DNA from: Octopus bimaculoides
Lineage: Eukaryota
Assembly: GCF_001194135.2 (NCBI RefSeq)
Contig: NC_068995.1
Span: forward strand, 4,051,532 to 4,115,531
Reading direction: 5' to 3'
DNA length: 64,000 nt
The position numbers were made by a program, and so were the translations under genes. The notes under the pieces were generated by a model. The model made no database searches. It had not been told where the DNA came from and was given only the letters and a program-made list of their open reading frames with translations. Each line of letters opens with the position of its first letter. Position 1 is the first letter of the stretch. Positions 62,979-64,000 of the stretch are shown here, in pieces.

Positions 62979-63638
62979 NNNNNNNNNNNNNNNNNNNNNN
63001 NNNNNNNNNNNNNNNNNNNNNNNNNNNNNNNNNNNNNNNNNNNNNNNNNNNNNNNNNNNNNNNNNNNNNNNNNNNNNNNNNNNNNNNNNNNNNNNNNNNN
63101 NNNNNNNNNNNNNNNNNNNNNNNNNNNNNNNNNNNNNNNNNNNNNNNNNNNNNNNNNNNNNNNNNNNNNNNNNNNNNNNNNNNNNNNNNNNNNNNNNNNN
63201 NNNNNNNNNNNNNNNNNNNNNNNNNNNNNNNNNNNNNNNNNNNNNNNNNNNNNNNNNNNNNNNNNNNNNNNNNNNNNNNNNNNNNNNNNNNNNNNNNNNN
63301 NNNNNNNNNNNNNNNNNNNNNNNNNNNNNNNNNNNNNNNNNNNNNNNNNNNNNNNNNNNNNNNNNNNNNNNNNNNNNNNNNNNNNNNNNNNNNNNNNNNN
63401 NNNNNNNNNNNNNNNNNNNNNNNNNNNNNNNNNNNNNNNNNNNNNNNNNNNNNNNNNNNNNNNNNNNNNNNNNNNNNNNNNNNNNNNNNNNNNNNNNNNN
63501 NNNNNNNNNNNNNNNNNNNNNNNNNNNNNNNNNNNNNNNNNNNNNNNNNNNNNNNNNNNNNNNNNNNNNNNNNNNNNNNNNNNNNNNNNNNNNNNNNNNN
63601 NNNNNNNNNNNNNNNNTCTCTCTCTCTCTCTCTCTCTC

Positions 63639-63675
<37 letters not shown>

Positions 63676-64000
63676 ACATCTCTCACGCACACATGCACAC
63701 ACACACACAATAATCTTCCTTACGTTTATCGTCTCCGAAATTTGACCCTAAAGATTGTCAGCAATCCAAGGGGAAAAAAAAAACTGGTCTGCGTTTATGC
63801 GTCGGTGAGATTGAACCTGGAACCGATAATTCGTTTATTGCACTTCTGAATCCTGTCTGTGTCTGGATGGTATCTATGGTCGCGGTATATGGTGGTGGTT
63901 GTGTTGGTATCTCTGGTCGTGGCGATAGTCATCACTGTTTTGCTGGCGATGTCCATGATGATGGTGATGTCGCCGTTGGCGGTGTTTGTGGTGGTCGTTT

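Noticed and set aside
9957-63849. Many long ORFs containing X runs or YI/VC/HT/poly-residue tracts
   Set aside because: They are translations of N gaps and (AT)n, (GT)n, (ATAC)n, (AAT)n and (AGT)n microsatellites.
63720-64000. His-rich or Thr-rich minus-strand frames at the window end
   Set aside because: They are low-complexity (CAC/CAT/ACC) sequence, and each frame stops within about 70 codons.

Overview
AT-rich, microsatellite-dense, gapped eukaryotic scaffold. The SINE families look like those of octopus (Coleoidea); this is my recognition, not a database match. Most ORFs in the supplied track are microsatellite, N-gap or antisense artefacts, and the real genes are spliced. Reading splice sites and phases by hand gives four gene models. 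(1) A minus-strand secreted gene of at least ~1,490 aa: signal peptide, Kazal domain, ~4.2-kb single-exon Cys-studded PTS/mucin repeat, second Kazal domain (coding exons 27974-27926, 25233-25110, 24111-19900, 18964-18862; 3' end unresolved). (2, 3) Two tandem minus-strand paralogues of a small prepro-peptide gene with a near-identical signal exon, a conserved Lys-Arg pro-region and divergent C-termini. Copy B is complete (9893-9812 + 8727-8315, 164 aa); copy A (1083-1002 + 259-68, running off the window) has a TGG>TGA stop in its signal exon. (4) A divergently oriented plus-strand type-I membrane protein gene resembling the CD-M6PR/ATG27 (MRH) family (38124-38253, 38886-39073, 40714-40859, 41405-41516, 42560-42631), with a YQEI tail and an apparent 1-nt frameshift in its signal region. 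Non-coding features include a minimal hammerhead-ribozyme-like motif (2832-2879), a ~280-bp near-perfect intronic foldback (25441-25722), a CTCF-like site (31808-31823), several MITEs, Dong/R4, RTE and L1/Tx1 LINE relics, and many tRNA-derived SINEs. No gene could be supported in 43-64 kb.
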